In this document: one piece after another, positions 48,396 to 58,658 of the stretch
Layout: the number at the start of each line of letters is the position of its first letter
Position numbering within the stretch: the first letter of the stretch is position 1
Origin: Dehalococcoidia bacterium
GTDB lineage: Bacteria > Chloroflexota > Dehalococcoidia > UBA6926
NCBI GenBank assembly: GCA_963666115.2
Contig: CAXXET010000004.1
Coordinates: 320,001-384,000, forward strand
Direction: 5' to 3'
DNA length: 64,000 bases
Made by a program: the position numbers and the translations under genes
Notes under the pieces: generated by a model
What the model was told of the DNA's origin: nothing
The model's input: only the letters and a program-made list of their open reading frames with translations
Database searches by the model: none

Positions 48396-49258
48396 CGCCA
48401 GCCGATGGCGCGGAGCCATTGTTCGAAGGTTAGGGTTGGGATTTGCCATTTGGATTTGAGGGCGGGGATGTCTTCGTCGTAGCCGTGGTTTTGGTACCAG
48501 CGTGTCATGGCGATGGTTGACGGGGGGGCGATTTGGGGCCAGTTTTCTTCGGGGATTTGTTCGTAGCGGACATCGTGGCCTGTTACACGGCTTAGGGCGG
48601 CGGCGATGTCGGTCATGGTGAGCGTTTCGGCGGCGATGTCGATTTCCTGCCCTTCGTATACGTCCGGGTTGTTGAACGCTGCGGCGGCGTAGGCTCCGAT
48701 GTCATGGCCGGAGATGACCTGCAGGGTCTTGTCCGGGGTTAACATGCCGCGAATGACGCCGTTGTCGATGCCCTTGCGGTCTGCGACGTAGTTCTCCGCG
48801 AATGAGACCGGGCGGAGGATGGTGTACGGGATGCCGAGTTGACGGACGTGGGCCATCACTTCAATCTTGGCGTCCCAATACGTGACGCCCCTGTTCGGCT
48901 CCTTCGCGCCGCAGGAGGCAGTGTAGACGAGGTGGCTCACCCCTGCCCTCTTTGCGGCATCCGCGATGGCGATTCCCTGCCGCGCCTCGTGCATCGGGTC
49001 GTCCTCAGCGGCCTGGTCCTGCACGGAGAAGACGCCGTACACGCCCTGCATGGCGGCATCGAGGGAGGCAACGTCGTCCATGTTTCCTGCCACGATCTCC
49101 ACGCCGCGCTGGGCGAGCGCCTGCGCCTTTTCACCCTGGGGGGAACGGGTTAGGCCGCGAACATGCCAGTCCTTGGACGACAGCAGGTGGCCGACGAGGC
49201 CGCCGCCCTGGTTGCCGGTGGCGCCGATGACGAGGATTGCCCGGGTTGGGTTGGTCAT
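48392..49258 (-). CDS. NmrA/HSCARG family protein
   Basis: GATGNQGG, VRGLTR and GVYGVFSV motifs. Confidence 0.9.
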   Translation of the reverse strand: MTNPTRAILVIGATGNQGGGLVGHLLSSKDWHVRGLTRSPQGEKAQALAQRGVEIVAGNMDDVASLDAAMQGVYGVFSVQDQAAEDDPMHEARQGIAIADAAKRAGVSHLVYTASCGAKEPNRGVTYWDAKIEVMAHVRQLGIPYTILRPVSFAENYVADRKGIDNGVIRGMLTPDKTLQVISGHDIGAYAAAAFNNPDVYEGQEIDIAAETLTMTDIAAALSRVTGHDVRYEQIPEENWPQIAPPSTIAMTRWYQNHGYDEDIPALKSKWQIPTLTFEQWLRAIGWR

Positions 49259-49331
49259 GTGTGGTTCTCCTTTTCCCCGATTGTTTCAGATTGGGGGGGT
49301 GGTGGATAGACCTGGCGCGTATAATTGCGTG

Positions 49332-50099
49332 ATGCTGCTGGCGGTTGATATTGGGAATACGAACGTGAAGTTCGCCGTTTTTGACGGCGAGCGGATTGTC
49401 GTGTCCGACCGGCTGCCGACGGGGGCGAGCAATTCGGCTGAGGAGATCGGCGCGTCTGTGTGCACCGCTTTGGCGCGGCACGGGGTCCGGGAATCCGCCA
49501 TTGAGGGCGTGTCACTGTGCTCGGTTGTTCCGCCCGTGACGACGATGATGGAGCGCACGGCGTCGGATGTCTTTAAGGTTGACGCGCTGGATGTCAAGAA
49601 GGCCAGAAATCGGGGCATCACGCTGGACGTGGACAAGCCGGACGGGGTGGGGACGGACAGGATAGTGAACGCGGCGGCGGCATACGGGCTGTACAGCGGG
49701 CCGGGCATCGTAGTGGATTTCGGCACGGCGACGACGTTCGACGTGGTAACAGCAGAAGGGGTGTTCATCGGGGGCGTCATCGCGCCGGGGATTGCGTTAT
49801 CGTCGGAGGCGCTGACGGAGCGTGCGGCGCAGCTACCGCCCATCGAGCCGGTGTTTCCCGAGAAAGTTATCGGGAGGGACACGGACCAGGCGATGCGCTC
49901 AGGGTTGATGTACGGGTATCTTGGGCTGATGGAGGGTGTCATCGGGCGGATACGGGCGGAGATCGGGTCCCCGGCGCGGGTGATCGCGACGGGCGGGCTG
50001 GTTGAGCACATCGCGGAGCGGACGGAGATAATCGACGTGGTGGAGCCGGACTTGACGCTGCGGGGGCTGCGGCTTATTTGGGAGCTTAACCGGGGGTAG
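49332..50099 (+). CDS. coaX: type III pantothenate kinase
   Basis: VDIGNT, GTDR, VDFGTATT and IATGG motifs. Confidence 0.95.
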   Translation: MLLAVDIGNTNVKFAVFDGERIVVSDRLPTGASNSAEEIGASVCTALARHGVRESAIEGVSLCSVVPPVTTMMERTASDVFKVDALDVKKARNRGITLDVDKPDGVGTDRIVNAAAAYGLYSGPGIVVDFGTATTFDVVTAEGVFIGGVIAPGIALSSEALTERAAQLPPIEPVFPEKVIGRDTDQAMRSGLMYGYLGLMEGVIGRIRAEIGSPARVIATGGLVEHIAERTEIIDVVEPDLTLRGLRLIWELNRG

Positions 50100-50119
50100 A
50101 GTGGGCGAATAATGATTGA

Positions 50120-50178
50120 GATTCCCGCTTTCGCGGGAATGACGAAGGTGAGTGGGTTCCTGCTTTCGCGGGAATGAC
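50120..50178 (+). repeat. two tandem family B repeats
   Basis: copies at 50120-50143 and 50155-50178. Confidence 0.9.
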
Positions 50179-50194
50179 GGAATGGAAAGGCGTG

Positions 50195-51397
50195 ATGGAG
50201 GCGATTGCGGGCAAGCGGGTTGTGCTGGGGGTTTCGGGCAGCATTGCCTGTTACAAGGCGGCGGACATTGCGTCCAAGCTGATGCAGGCAGGGGCACTGG
50301 TGGACGTGGTGCTGACGCGGGCGGCTCAGGAGTTCGTGACGCCTCTCACGTTCCGGTCGCTGACGCACCGCCCCGTGATTACGGACATCTTCGACGCGCA
50401 GTCGGCGGACCCGCTGGAGCACGTGGAGATAGCGCACCGGGCAGACGCGGTGGTGATCGCGCCGACGACGGCGCACGTGATGGCCAAGCTGGCGCACGGG
50501 CTGGCGGACGATGCGCTTTCGACCATCATTCTCGCGACGGATGCGCCCGTGATCGTCGCTCCGGCGATGGAACACCATATGTGGACGAACGCGGCGACAC
50601 AGGAGAACGCGGCGACGCTGCGGGAACGCGGTTTCACGTTCGCGGGGCCGGATGCGGGCAGGTTGGCGTCCGGGGCCGTCGGCAGCGGTCGTCTCGTGGA
50701 GACGGCGGATATTCTCGACGCCCTCAACGGGCTGCTGTCGAAGGATCAAGACCTGCTGGGGCGGCATATCGTCGTGTCAGCAGGGGGGACGCAGGAGCCG
50801 ATTGACCCTGTGCGGGTGGTGACGAACCGCTCATCGGGCAAGCAGGGGTACGCGTTCGCTGAGGCGGCGCGGGACCGGGGGGCGCGCGTGACGCTGGTGA
50901 CGGCGGCGGGGCTTGCGAATCCGGCGGGCGTGAACGTGGTCAAGGTGGAGAGCGCGCGGCAGATGCTAGGGGCAGTCTCGGACGCGCTGAACGACGCGGC
51001 GGACGCACTTGTCATGGCTGCGGCGGTTGCGGACTGGGAGCCGGTGGCGGCGGCAGGGCAGAAGATGAAGAAAGTGGAGGGGCAGGACATCCTCACGATC
51101 GACATGAAAAAGACGCCGGACATCCTCGCGCAGGTCAGCGGCCTGCCAGGGGTCAAGGTGGGCTTTGCCGCCGAGACGGAGGACCTGCTTGCGAACGCGC
51201 GCGCCAAGCTGGAGGGCAAGAAGCTGGATATGATCGTGGCCAATGACGTTTCGGCGACGGATGCCGGCTTTGCGGTCGATACGAACCGAGTTGTGATTCT
51301 CGACAAGTCCGGCGGGCAGGAGGAGCTGCCGCTGATGTCCAAGCGCGACGTGGCGGACGCGGTGCTGGATCGCGTTTGCGCGCTGCTGAGCGGGTGA
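50195..51397 (+). CDS. coaBC: phosphopantothenoylcysteine decarboxylase/synthetase
   Basis: GSIACYKA, APAM, TQEPIDPVR, SSGKQG and GFAAET motifs. Confidence 0.95.
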   Translation: MEAIAGKRVVLGVSGSIACYKAADIASKLMQAGALVDVVLTRAAQEFVTPLTFRSLTHRPVITDIFDAQSADPLEHVEIAHRADAVVIAPTTAHVMAKLAHGLADDALSTIILATDAPVIVAPAMEHHMWTNAATQENAATLRERGFTFAGPDAGRLASGAVGSGRLVETADILDALNGLLSKDQDLLGRHIVVSAGGTQEPIDPVRVVTNRSSGKQGYAFAEAARDRGARVTLVTAAGLANPAGVNVVKVESARQMLGAVSDALNDAADALVMAAAVADWEPVAAAGQKMKKVEGQDILTIDMKKTPDILAQVSGLPGVKVGFAAETEDLLANARAKLEGKKLDMIVANDVSATDAGFAVDTNRVVILDKSGGQEELPLMSKRDVADAVLDRVCALLSG

Positions 51398-51416
51398 TGA
51401 ACGACAAGGAACCGGT

Positions 51417-52073
51417 GTGACCGAAACGGATACACGATTCGTTTCCCTGATTATTCTCGCCGCGGGCAGTTCATCGCGCATGGGGCGACCCAAGCAGACC
51501 CTGCCGTGGATGGGCAAGGACTTGCTGACTTACCAGGTTGAGCAGGGCGGGCTTTCGGGCGTCGACGAGTTGATCGTGGCGCTTGGCGAGAACGCCGAGG
51601 ACTATCGAGAGTTGTTGCCGGAATCGCTCGGGCGCGTGCCGGTCTACAAGATCATCGAGAACTCGGATTATGCGCGGGGCAAGACGACGTCGGTGCTTGC
51701 CGGGCTGGCCGCTGCCGACCCGCGCGCCACCGACTGGATCTTTCTCGCGATGGATGCGCCCAAGCCCGCGCACATCACGGACATGCTGGTGGAGGCGCAT
51801 CACGCAGGCAGACTGCCGATCACATACCCCTGGCACGGCGGCATCGAGGGGCATCCGCCAGTGATGAATCGGTCGCTGCGTTCAGAGATAGAGGCAATCA
51901 CGGAGGAGCGGCGGGGGCTACGTGAGATCACAGAGCGCGATCCGGCGCGGGTGAACCGCGTTGAGTTCGCGGACCCCATCGTGATCGTCAATATGAACAG
52001 CCCGGAGGATTATGAACGGGCGCTGGCGGTGACGGGGCAAGCATCCGGCGATGCCAGTAGAATTGACCCATGA
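51417..52073 (+). CDS. MocA-like nucleotidyltransferase (molybdenum cofactor cytidylyltransferase family)
   Basis: ILAAGSSSRMGRPK, GHPP and NSPEDY motifs. Confidence 0.85.
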   Translation: MTETDTRFVSLIILAAGSSSRMGRPKQTLPWMGKDLLTYQVEQGGLSGVDELIVALGENAEDYRELLPESLGRVPVYKIIENSDYARGKTTSVLAGLAAADPRATDWIFLAMDAPKPAHITDMLVEAHHAGRLPITYPWHGGIEGHPPVMNRSLRSEIEAITEERRGLREITERDPARVNRVEFADPIVIVNMNSPEDYERALAVTGQASGDASRIDP

Positions 52074-54892
52074 CGAACACGATTGCGGAGATGGCGGCGG
52101 CGTGGGACCCTGCGCGGTTTGAGGAGGCGCGTTACCAGTGGTGGGAGGAGCGCGGGTATTTTCAACCACGTATCGACCATGAGCAGCAGCCCTTCGTTGT
52201 GATCATGCCGCCGCCGAATGTGACGGGACAGCTTCACCTCGGCCACGCGCTGACGGCATCCGTGGAGGACGCGCTGGTGCGGTGGCACCGGATGCGTGGC
52301 GACCCGACGCTGTGGCTGCCGGGGACGGACCACGCGGGCATCGCAACGCAATACGTCGTTGAAAATCACCTGGCGTCGCAGGGAATCGACCGGCGCGAGA
52401 TCGGGCGTCAAAAATTCCTGGAGCACGTGTGGGAGTGGGTGCGAGAGTACGGCGGCGCGATACAGAATCAGCACCGCCGGCTCGGCGCGTCGTGCGATTG
52501 GACGCGGGAGCGGTTCACTCTCGATGAGGGACCGTCCCGGGCAGTGCGCGCAACGTTCGTCAACTTGTATGAGTCGGGGCGCATCTATCGCGGCGAGCGG
52601 ATGATCAACTGGTGCCCGACGGACCACACTGCCCTATCCGATTTGGAGACGGAGTACGAGGACGCGGCGGGCAAGCTGTGGCACATCAACTACCCGTACA
52701 CTGACGGCTCCGGGCGGCACGTGACGGTGGCGACGACGCGGCCCGAGACGTATTTGGGCGATACGGCGGTGGCGGTGAACACGAACGATCCGCGCTTTGC
52801 GGACGCGATCGGGCTGACGGTGCGGCTGCCGTTCATCGACCGCGAGATTCCGATCATCGGCGACGACTACGTGGACATGGAGTTTGGGACGGGCGCGTTG
52901 AAGGTGACGCCGGCGCACGACCAGAACGACTTCGAGATCGGACAGCGGCACGGGCTGGAGGCCATCGAGGTCATTGCGGCGGACGGCACGCTGAATGAGA
53001 ACGCGGGGCCGTTTGCCGGGCTGGAGCGGTTTGCGGCGCGGCAGAGCATCGTGTCCGAACTGGAGGCTGCGGGGTTCCTGGAGCGGACGGAGGAGTACCA
53101 GAACCGCGTTGGGCGGTGCTACCGGTGTCAGACGATCATCGAGCCGCGGCTGAGCATCCAGTGGTTCGTGGACATCGCGCCGCTGGCGGAACGGGCGGCG
53201 GAGGCTGTGAGGGACGGTCGCATTCGCATCGTGCCGGAACGGTTCACGGGGACGTATTTGAACTGGATGGACGGCATCCGGGATTGGTGCATCTCACGGC
53301 AGTTGTGGTGGGGGCATCGGATACCGGCGTGGTTCTGCGGGGAGTGCGACGGCGACCGGCTCCAAATCATCTTGGGAGAGGCCATAACGGGGCCGGACGG
53401 GCAGCCGCTGTGGGAGGCGACGTATTCACAGCTGCGGGAGATCGGGCTGACGCCTGAGGAGATTGTCGCGCGAGCCGACCGCGTGAACGCAGACAAGGAT
53501 GCGACGCCCATCGTGGCGGTGGACGGCCCGTCCGCGTGCCCTGAGTGCGGGCCGGCGGCGCTGCTGCAAGACCCGGACGTGCTGGACACGTGGTTCTCGT
53601 CCGGGCTCTGGCCGCATTCGACGCTGGGGTGGCCGGACGATGCGGAGGACTACCGCTACTTCCACCCGACGTCCGTGCTGGAGACGGGCTACGACATCCT
53701 GTTTTTCTGGGTGGCGCGGATGATCATGATGGGGCTGGAGAACACGGGCGACGTGCCGTTCCGGACCGTGTACCTGCACGGCCTGGTGCGGGACGCGCAG
53801 CGGCAGAAGATGTCAAAGACGCGCGGGAACGTGATCGACCCTCTGGAGAGCATCGCGGAGTACGGGACGGACGCGCTGCGGATGGCGTTGACGATTGCGA
53901 CGACGCCCGGCAATGATCTCGCGCTGACGCCGGGGCGCATGGAGGCGGGGCGCAACTTCGCGAACAAGCTGTGGAACGCGGCGCGATTCGTCGCGCGGTC
54001 AGTGGAGACATCGGGCGCGGCGGTTGGCGGCGAGATGCCGGAACCGTCGCACCGCGAGGATCGGTGGATCGTCTCGCGGCTGAACGGCGTGACGGCGCAC
54101 GTGAATCAGTTGTTGGAGGATTTTCAGCTTGGGCAGGCGGAGCAGGTCATCCGCGATTTCCTGTGGGACGAGTTCGCGGACTGGTATATCGAGCTTGCCA
54201 AGGTTCGTATCCGCAACGGCGACACCGCGCCGGTGGCATACCTGGTCGGCGCGCTGGAGCAGTCGGTGCGGCTGCTGCACCCGTTCATGCCGTTTGTGAC
54301 GGAGGAAATCTGGCAGAGCCTCGTGGCGCGCGCGCCGGGGCTTGCGCGGGGCGTGGAGTCGATCATGGTCAGCGCGTATCCGCAGGCGGACGTGGGAGAC
54401 GCGGATCGCGCATCGGAGGCCGAGGTTGGGGACGTGATCAACGTGGTTCGCGCCATTCGCAACGCGCGGGCGGAGGGAAACGTGGAGCACTCGCGGATGA
54501 TCGAGGTGTTCGTGGACGCGGACACGCGCTCGCGGCAGGCCATCGACGATTCACGAGAGGCGATTGGGACGCTGGCGCGGGTATCGTCGCTGCGCGTGTT
54601 GGAGGAGGACGATGAGCGCCCTGATCCGGCGTCGGTGATGACGGCGATCCTGGACGGGGTGACGGTGATGGCGCCGCTGGCGGGGCTGGTGGACGCGGAC
54701 GCTGAGCGGGCGCGGCTGACCAAGGAACTTGAGGAAACACAGGGACGCCTGACGGGTTTGGAGCAGCGGCTGGGGAACGAGGGGTTTCGCTCCAAGGCAC
54801 CGGCGCACGTGGTGGCGAAGGAAGAGGAGCGGTTGGCGGAATCCCGCCAGCGCGTGGAGCGTATCGAGGAGCAACTGGCGCGGCTGGGGTGA
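52070..54892 (+). CDS. valS: valine--tRNA ligase
   Basis: PPPNVTGQLHLGH, DWCISRQLWWGH, DVLDTWFSS and KMSKT motifs; C-terminal coiled coil. Confidence 0.97.
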   Translation: MTNTIAEMAAAWDPARFEEARYQWWEERGYFQPRIDHEQQPFVVIMPPPNVTGQLHLGHALTASVEDALVRWHRMRGDPTLWLPGTDHAGIATQYVVENHLASQGIDRREIGRQKFLEHVWEWVREYGGAIQNQHRRLGASCDWTRERFTLDEGPSRAVRATFVNLYESGRIYRGERMINWCPTDHTALSDLETEYEDAAGKLWHINYPYTDGSGRHVTVATTRPETYLGDTAVAVNTNDPRFADAIGLTVRLPFIDREIPIIGDDYVDMEFGTGALKVTPAHDQNDFEIGQRHGLEAIEVIAADGTLNENAGPFAGLERFAARQSIVSELEAAGFLERTEEYQNRVGRCYRCQTIIEPRLSIQWFVDIAPLAERAAEAVRDGRIRIVPERFTGTYLNWMDGIRDWCISRQLWWGHRIPAWFCGECDGDRLQIILGEAITGPDGQPLWEATYSQLREIGLTPEEIVARADRVNADKDATPIVAVDGPSACPECGPAALLQDPDVLDTWFSSGLWPHSTLGWPDDAEDYRYFHPTSVLETGYDILFFWVARMIMMGLENTGDVPFRTVYLHGLVRDAQRQKMSKTRGNVIDPLESIAEYGTDALRMALTIATTPGNDLALTPGRMEAGRNFANKLWNAARFVARSVETSGAAVGGEMPEPSHREDRWIVSRLNGVTAHVNQLLEDFQLGQAEQVIRDFLWDEFADWYIELAKVRIRNGDTAPVAYLVGALEQSVRLLHPFMPFVTEEIWQSLVARAPGLARGVESIMVSAYPQADVGDADRASEAEVGDVINVVRAIRNARAEGNVEHSRMIEVFVDADTRSRQAIDDSREAIGTLARVSSLRVLEEDDERPDPASVMTAILDGVTVMAPLAGLVDADAERARLTKELEETQGRLTGLEQRLGNEGFRSKAPAHVVAKEEERLAESRQRVERIEEQLARLG

Positions 54893-55185
54893 GTGAGCAC
54901 ATGTATTACGCGCTCCTGTATGACTATGCGGATGACGTCTTGGAGCGGCGGCCACCGTTCCGGGAGGAGCATCTTGGGCTGCTGCGGGAGTTGAACGCGC
55001 GGGGAATCGTGCCGCTGGCGGGGGCGTGGGACGAGCCGGTGGACGGGGCGGCTATCGTGTTTCGCACGGACGATACGTCCGTCATCGAGGAATTCGTCGA
55101 GAAAGACCCGTATTTCCGCAACGGGCTTGTGAAATCGTGGCGGATCAGGAAGTGGAGCGTGGTGATCGGCGGGGAGAGCAGCTAG
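54889..55185 (+). CDS. YciI family protein
   Basis: RPPFREEHL..AGA..DPY pattern. Confidence 0.88.
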   Translation: MSEHMYYALLYDYADDVLERRPPFREEHLGLLRELNARGIVPLAGAWDEPVDGAAIVFRTDDTSVIEEFVEKDPYFRNGLVKSWRIRKWSVVIGGESS

Positions 55186-56153
55186 GGCGCATCGTCCCAC
55201 GTTTGGGGTTGGAAGCCGAGTTCCTGGGCGATTTGGTCGGGGCCGTAGCCGGTCGGGGTTTCCTTGCGCGTTCGGAGATCGGCGTACAGCAGGAAGATCA
55301 TGACGGCCTGGATAGGGCCGGCAACGGTGGGCGCGACAAGGTTCGAGTACCACGTGCCGACGGTTTCGAGGCCGGCTGCGGCGAATATGACGCTTGGGAA
55401 TTGAACTGCGAAGACGGCGAGCGCGACGATAATCAGGATGCCGAACGTCCGCCACCAGAAACCCTCGGTAAGCTGCCAGCTTCGCCGCAACGCCGCGACG
55501 CCGATTAGCCCGTCAAATGCGACGACCGGCCAAACGAACGTCCAGCGAATCAACACGTATACGGTGATGACAACCGCGCCGACCAGCCCGGTGAATGAAA
55601 GCAGGCCGAAGAGGGCGAGGAGCAGTTCAACGTCGGACATCGCGTTTGCGATGACGAACGGCACGAAGAACAGTACCGCCCACACGGCAAAGACCGTCCC
55701 CATGGCCATCACCGTCGTGACCAGCAGCGCGCCTGCCCGCGCGACCGCGAACGCGAGCGCCTCCGAAATCAGCACCCTGCCGACGACGTAATGCGCGCCG
55801 ATGACGTACATGTACGCGCCTGCGGCGAGGGCGGACACGGAAACGGTGGCGATGAGAACGAGGGACAGTTCCAGCAAGTCCAGCGGAATATCATCCAACT
55901 GGAGTTGGCTGATCTCCGCCGACTGCTCCTCTGTCGGAAGCTGCCCTTCGGGGACGGTGGCCAGGATCGCGTTGATCTGCGCGTCGTTGCCCTCCGGCAG
56001 GATGGCGTCGATGCCAGATACCGCGCCGAAGATGATGACGGCGCTGACGAACGCGATGACGACCAGCCGCACAACGCGCGCCAGGTAGACCGACCAGAGC
56101 TCGCTGAAGAGCTCGTTTATCCCCCTTTCAGGGAATGCGGTTTCGTTCTGCAC
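55182..56153 (-). CDS. hypothetical integral membrane protein
   Basis: ALRRSWQLTEGFWWRTFG and LYADLRTRKE motifs; multiple TM segments. Confidence 0.75.
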   Translation of the reverse strand: MQNETAFPERGINELFSELWSVYLARVVRLVVIAFVSAVIIFGAVSGIDAILPEGNDAQINAILATVPEGQLPTEEQSAEISQLQLDDIPLDLLELSLVLIATVSVSALAAGAYMYVIGAHYVVGRVLISEALAFAVARAGALLVTTVMAMGTVFAVWAVLFFVPFVIANAMSDVELLLALFGLLSFTGLVGAVVITVYVLIRWTFVWPVVAFDGLIGVAALRRSWQLTEGFWWRTFGILIIVALAVFAVQFPSVIFAAAGLETVGTWYSNLVAPTVAGPIQAVMIFLLYADLRTRKETPTGYGPDQIAQELGFQPQTWDDAP

Positions 56154-56158
56154 CGTGT

Positions 56159-56602
56159 CTAGCTGCCGCCCCCGGCCGCGCCCATGCCTGCGGCGCCGCG
56201 CTGCTGGAGCTCGATGAACACCATCTTGGTGCCGAGAGGATGAACCCACGCGACGTTGGCGTTGCCCTCTTCGCGCTGGATGCGGCCGCCCTTCTCCTCG
56301 ATGTTCTTTATGGTCGCCTCGATGTCGTCCACTTCGAGGCAGACCATGTACATGCCCTCGCCCTTGGGGTTCCGCTCATTCTTGCGCTCCTCCATCATGC
56401 GGGCGAGCGCGGTCTCCGGGCCGGCGGGCGTCATGACCTCGATCACGGGCTGGCCGTTGTAGCCGAGCATCTGGGCGCGGATGCCGAACTGGTTGCCACG
56501 CGCCTGGTTGAGTTCCTCAAGGCCGAAGAGGTCTTTCCAGAGCTGGACTCCCTCCTCCAGGTCTTCCACCATGACGGCGTTGTAGCGAATATCGGTGATC
56601 AT
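56159..56602 (-). CDS. VOC family protein (methylmalonyl-CoA epimerase-like)
   Basis: VEDLEE, IEVMTP, GEGMYMVCLEVDDI and VHP..IEL motifs. Confidence 0.85.
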   Translation of the reverse strand: MITDIRYNAVMVEDLEEGVQLWKDLFGLEELNQARGNQFGIRAQMLGYNGQPVIEVMTPAGPETALARMMEERKNERNPKGEGMYMVCLEVDDIEATIKNIEEKGGRIQREEGNANVAWVHPLGTKMVFIELQQRGAAGMGAAGGGS

Positions 56603-56683
56603 CGTCTCCCACCCCTTTCGCGCCCATGCGGCGCTTTCGCTTGCGTGTTGTAAGGGGAGTGTGGGGAATAGGGGCTAGTCGTG

Positions 56684-57292
56684 TCAACGACGCGGGCGTT
56701 CCAGCAGGGCGGGCGGCCAGACTGCGCTGTCCACAACGCCAACGAACGGCAGGTTGCGGTAGAAACCCTCGTAGTCGAGTCCATAGCCGACGACAAAGAC
56801 GGGGTCTATGGAGAAGCCGACGTAGTCGATTTGAACGTCAACTTCGCGGTGGGCGGGCTTATCCAGGAGGGTGCAGACCCTGACTGAGGCGGGGTTTTCG
56901 GCGAGCACCTTATCGACCAGCAGCTTGAGGGTGACGCCGGTGTCCACGATGTCCTCGACTATCAGGACATCGCGGCCCCGGAGGCTCTCGCGGAACGGGT
57001 TGGGCATGTCAACGGTGTGGCCGCGTTCGTCGATGAACCGGTCAACGTGGACAAGCTCTACCGGCGCGGGGATGTCCAATTCCCGCACAAGATCCGCGAG
57101 AAAGCAGATGACGCCGTTCAGCGCGCCGACGCAGACGACCTCGCCGTCCGCGTACTCGGCGCTCAACTGCGCGGCCAGTTCTCTCACGCGGCGTTGGAGG
57201 CGCGTCTTGCTGATGAGGACGCGGTCGACGCCCTTGGCGGCGGGGCCCGCAAGGCCGTTGCTGCGCAGAGGTTTCTGTGTGCCGGAGGCCAT
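56684..57292 (-). CDS. hpt: hypoxanthine phosphoribosyltransferase-like protein
   Basis: VLIVEDIVDTG, LLDKP and FVVGYGLDY..YRNLP motifs. Confidence 0.85.
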   Translation of the reverse strand: MASGTQKPLRSNGLAGPAAKGVDRVLISKTRLQRRVRELAAQLSAEYADGEVVCVGALNGVICFLADLVRELDIPAPVELVHVDRFIDERGHTVDMPNPFRESLRGRDVLIVEDIVDTGVTLKLLVDKVLAENPASVRVCTLLDKPAHREVDVQIDYVGFSIDPVFVVGYGLDYEGFYRNLPFVGVVDSAVWPPALLERPRR

Positions 57293-57333
57293 GTGGAAAG
57301 CATAACGGACGCGGGTGAGCGGCGTATACTTAC

Positions 57334-57861
57334 GTGAGAGTCATGGATATTCTTGCCCTGATAGACCGCATTCGGCAGAATCACGCGATCGAGCACGCGA
57401 CTATTGCCGTGCTGGCGCGGAAGCACGACCAGTTTGGGCGGCTCGGCGGCAATGCCACGCAGGACGGGTTCTTCGTCTATGGCCCGACGACGGCAGACCG
57501 CATCCAGGAGGCGGGGCAGGAGGCGGTGCAGCGGCTGCGGGCGGGGGAATCCGATCTCGCTATTTCGCCGTTCTGCGGCACGAATTTCCTGCTGGGCGGT
57601 GCGACGACCGCCCTTGTGACCAGCATTATCCTCGGCAGGCGCAACAGGATCGGACGGCTGCCGCAGGCGATGAGCCTTTCGGCGCTGGCGCTGATCGGTT
57701 CGTTCAGAGCGGGCGCGTACGTGCAGCGCAGATGGACGACGAAGGCGGACATCGGCGAGCTGGAGATCAAGAGCGTGTCGCGGTTGGGGGGCGCGGGGAG
57801 GCCGCTGCACCGCGTGTACACGGGGTTGGCGAAGGGGGATTCTTCGCTGCGCTCAGAATGA
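57334..57861 (+). CDS. conserved hypothetical protein (DUF6391-like)
   Basis: RQNHAIEHAT...LAISPFCGTN pattern; ends in repeat-derived DSSLRSE*. Confidence 0.7.
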   Translation: MRVMDILALIDRIRQNHAIEHATIAVLARKHDQFGRLGGNATQDGFFVYGPTTADRIQEAGQEAVQRLRAGESDLAISPFCGTNFLLGGATTALVTSIILGRRNRIGRLPQAMSLSALALIGSFRAGAYVQRRWTTKADIGELEIKSVSRLGGAGRPLHRVYTGLAKGDSSLRSE

Positions 57862-57880
57862 CAGGTTTTGTCAGAATGAC
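57838..57880 (+). repeat. family A repeat plus partial copy
   Basis: full copy at 57838-57863; TCAGAATGAC at 57871-57880. Confidence 0.9.
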
Positions 57881-57952
57881 GCCCGATGGCGGGATGGCGG
57901 CCAATGGCGGTTTGCGGCGGTATCATGGGGTAGGCGGATGCGCTGGCATCGC

Positions 57953-58030
57953 GTCCCTGTAGCTCAATCGGAGTAGAGCAGCGGACTTCTAATCCGCAGG
58001 TTGTGGGTTCGAGTCCCACCGGGGACGCCA
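57953..58030 (+). tRNA. tRNA-Arg (UCU)
   Basis: GTCCCTG..GCGGA-CTTCTAA-TCCGC..GTTCGAGT..GGGGACGCCA cloverleaf. Confidence 0.95.
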
Positions 58031-58040
58031 GATATTCCTC

Positions 58041-58658
58041 TTGGGACACTTTCGGAATGGAACCGACCCAGGCGCTTGGTGGGAGAGAATGCTTTACGAG
58101 ATGAACGGCGAGAATCTGACGGGGACCGAGCGGACGTCTTTCACGGCGAGAGGCATCCTTGAAGGCACCCTGCAGGAGGCGCGGGCAAGCATGGGCAGCG
58201 CGTCACGCAATGCAGTGCCGGGCATCTCAAGGTTCGAAAAGGCTATTGAGGAGTCCAGTGAGGTTCGTGCGCCGGATCAGCAAGAACAGTTCGAGCGCAT
58301 CCTTGCGTTCGTTAGGGAGTTGGAGGAGGCGGGTTTAGCCGAGCCCGTCAGTTACCCCTACTCGAGAGGGGGCGCGGCTGCTGTTGCCGGGGGGCGGAAG
58401 CATTTGGCCTATTTCAGCTGCGAGTCATCGGATCGCAAGCCATATATCGGCGTGAGGAAGGGCAGCTTTGATCGGTATGCGCCCGATGCTTTGGAGCGGG
58501 TCTGGGGTGCGCTTGGAAAGGGCGACAGGACCGGGCAGTCGGTTTGGGCTGCCGGGCCTTTTTCGGAGGAACTGTTTAAGGCGCTGCGGGAGGCTTATGG
58601 GGTGGCGAATGGGGGGGGGGTAGGTTGTGAGAGGGAAGGCACCACTGGGGTCACCTAG
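58041..58658 (+). CDS. hypothetical protein (start uncertain)
   Basis: 205-aa ORF filling the gap after the tRNA; no recognised motif. Confidence 0.5.
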   Translation: MGHFRNGTDPGAWWERMLYEMNGENLTGTERTSFTARGILEGTLQEARASMGSASRNAVPGISRFEKAIEESSEVRAPDQQEQFERILAFVRELEEAGLAEPVSYPYSRGGAAAVAGGRKHLAYFSCESSDRKPYIGVRKGSFDRYAPDALERVWGALGKGDRTGQSVWAAGPFSEELFKALREAYGVANGGGVGCEREGTTGVT

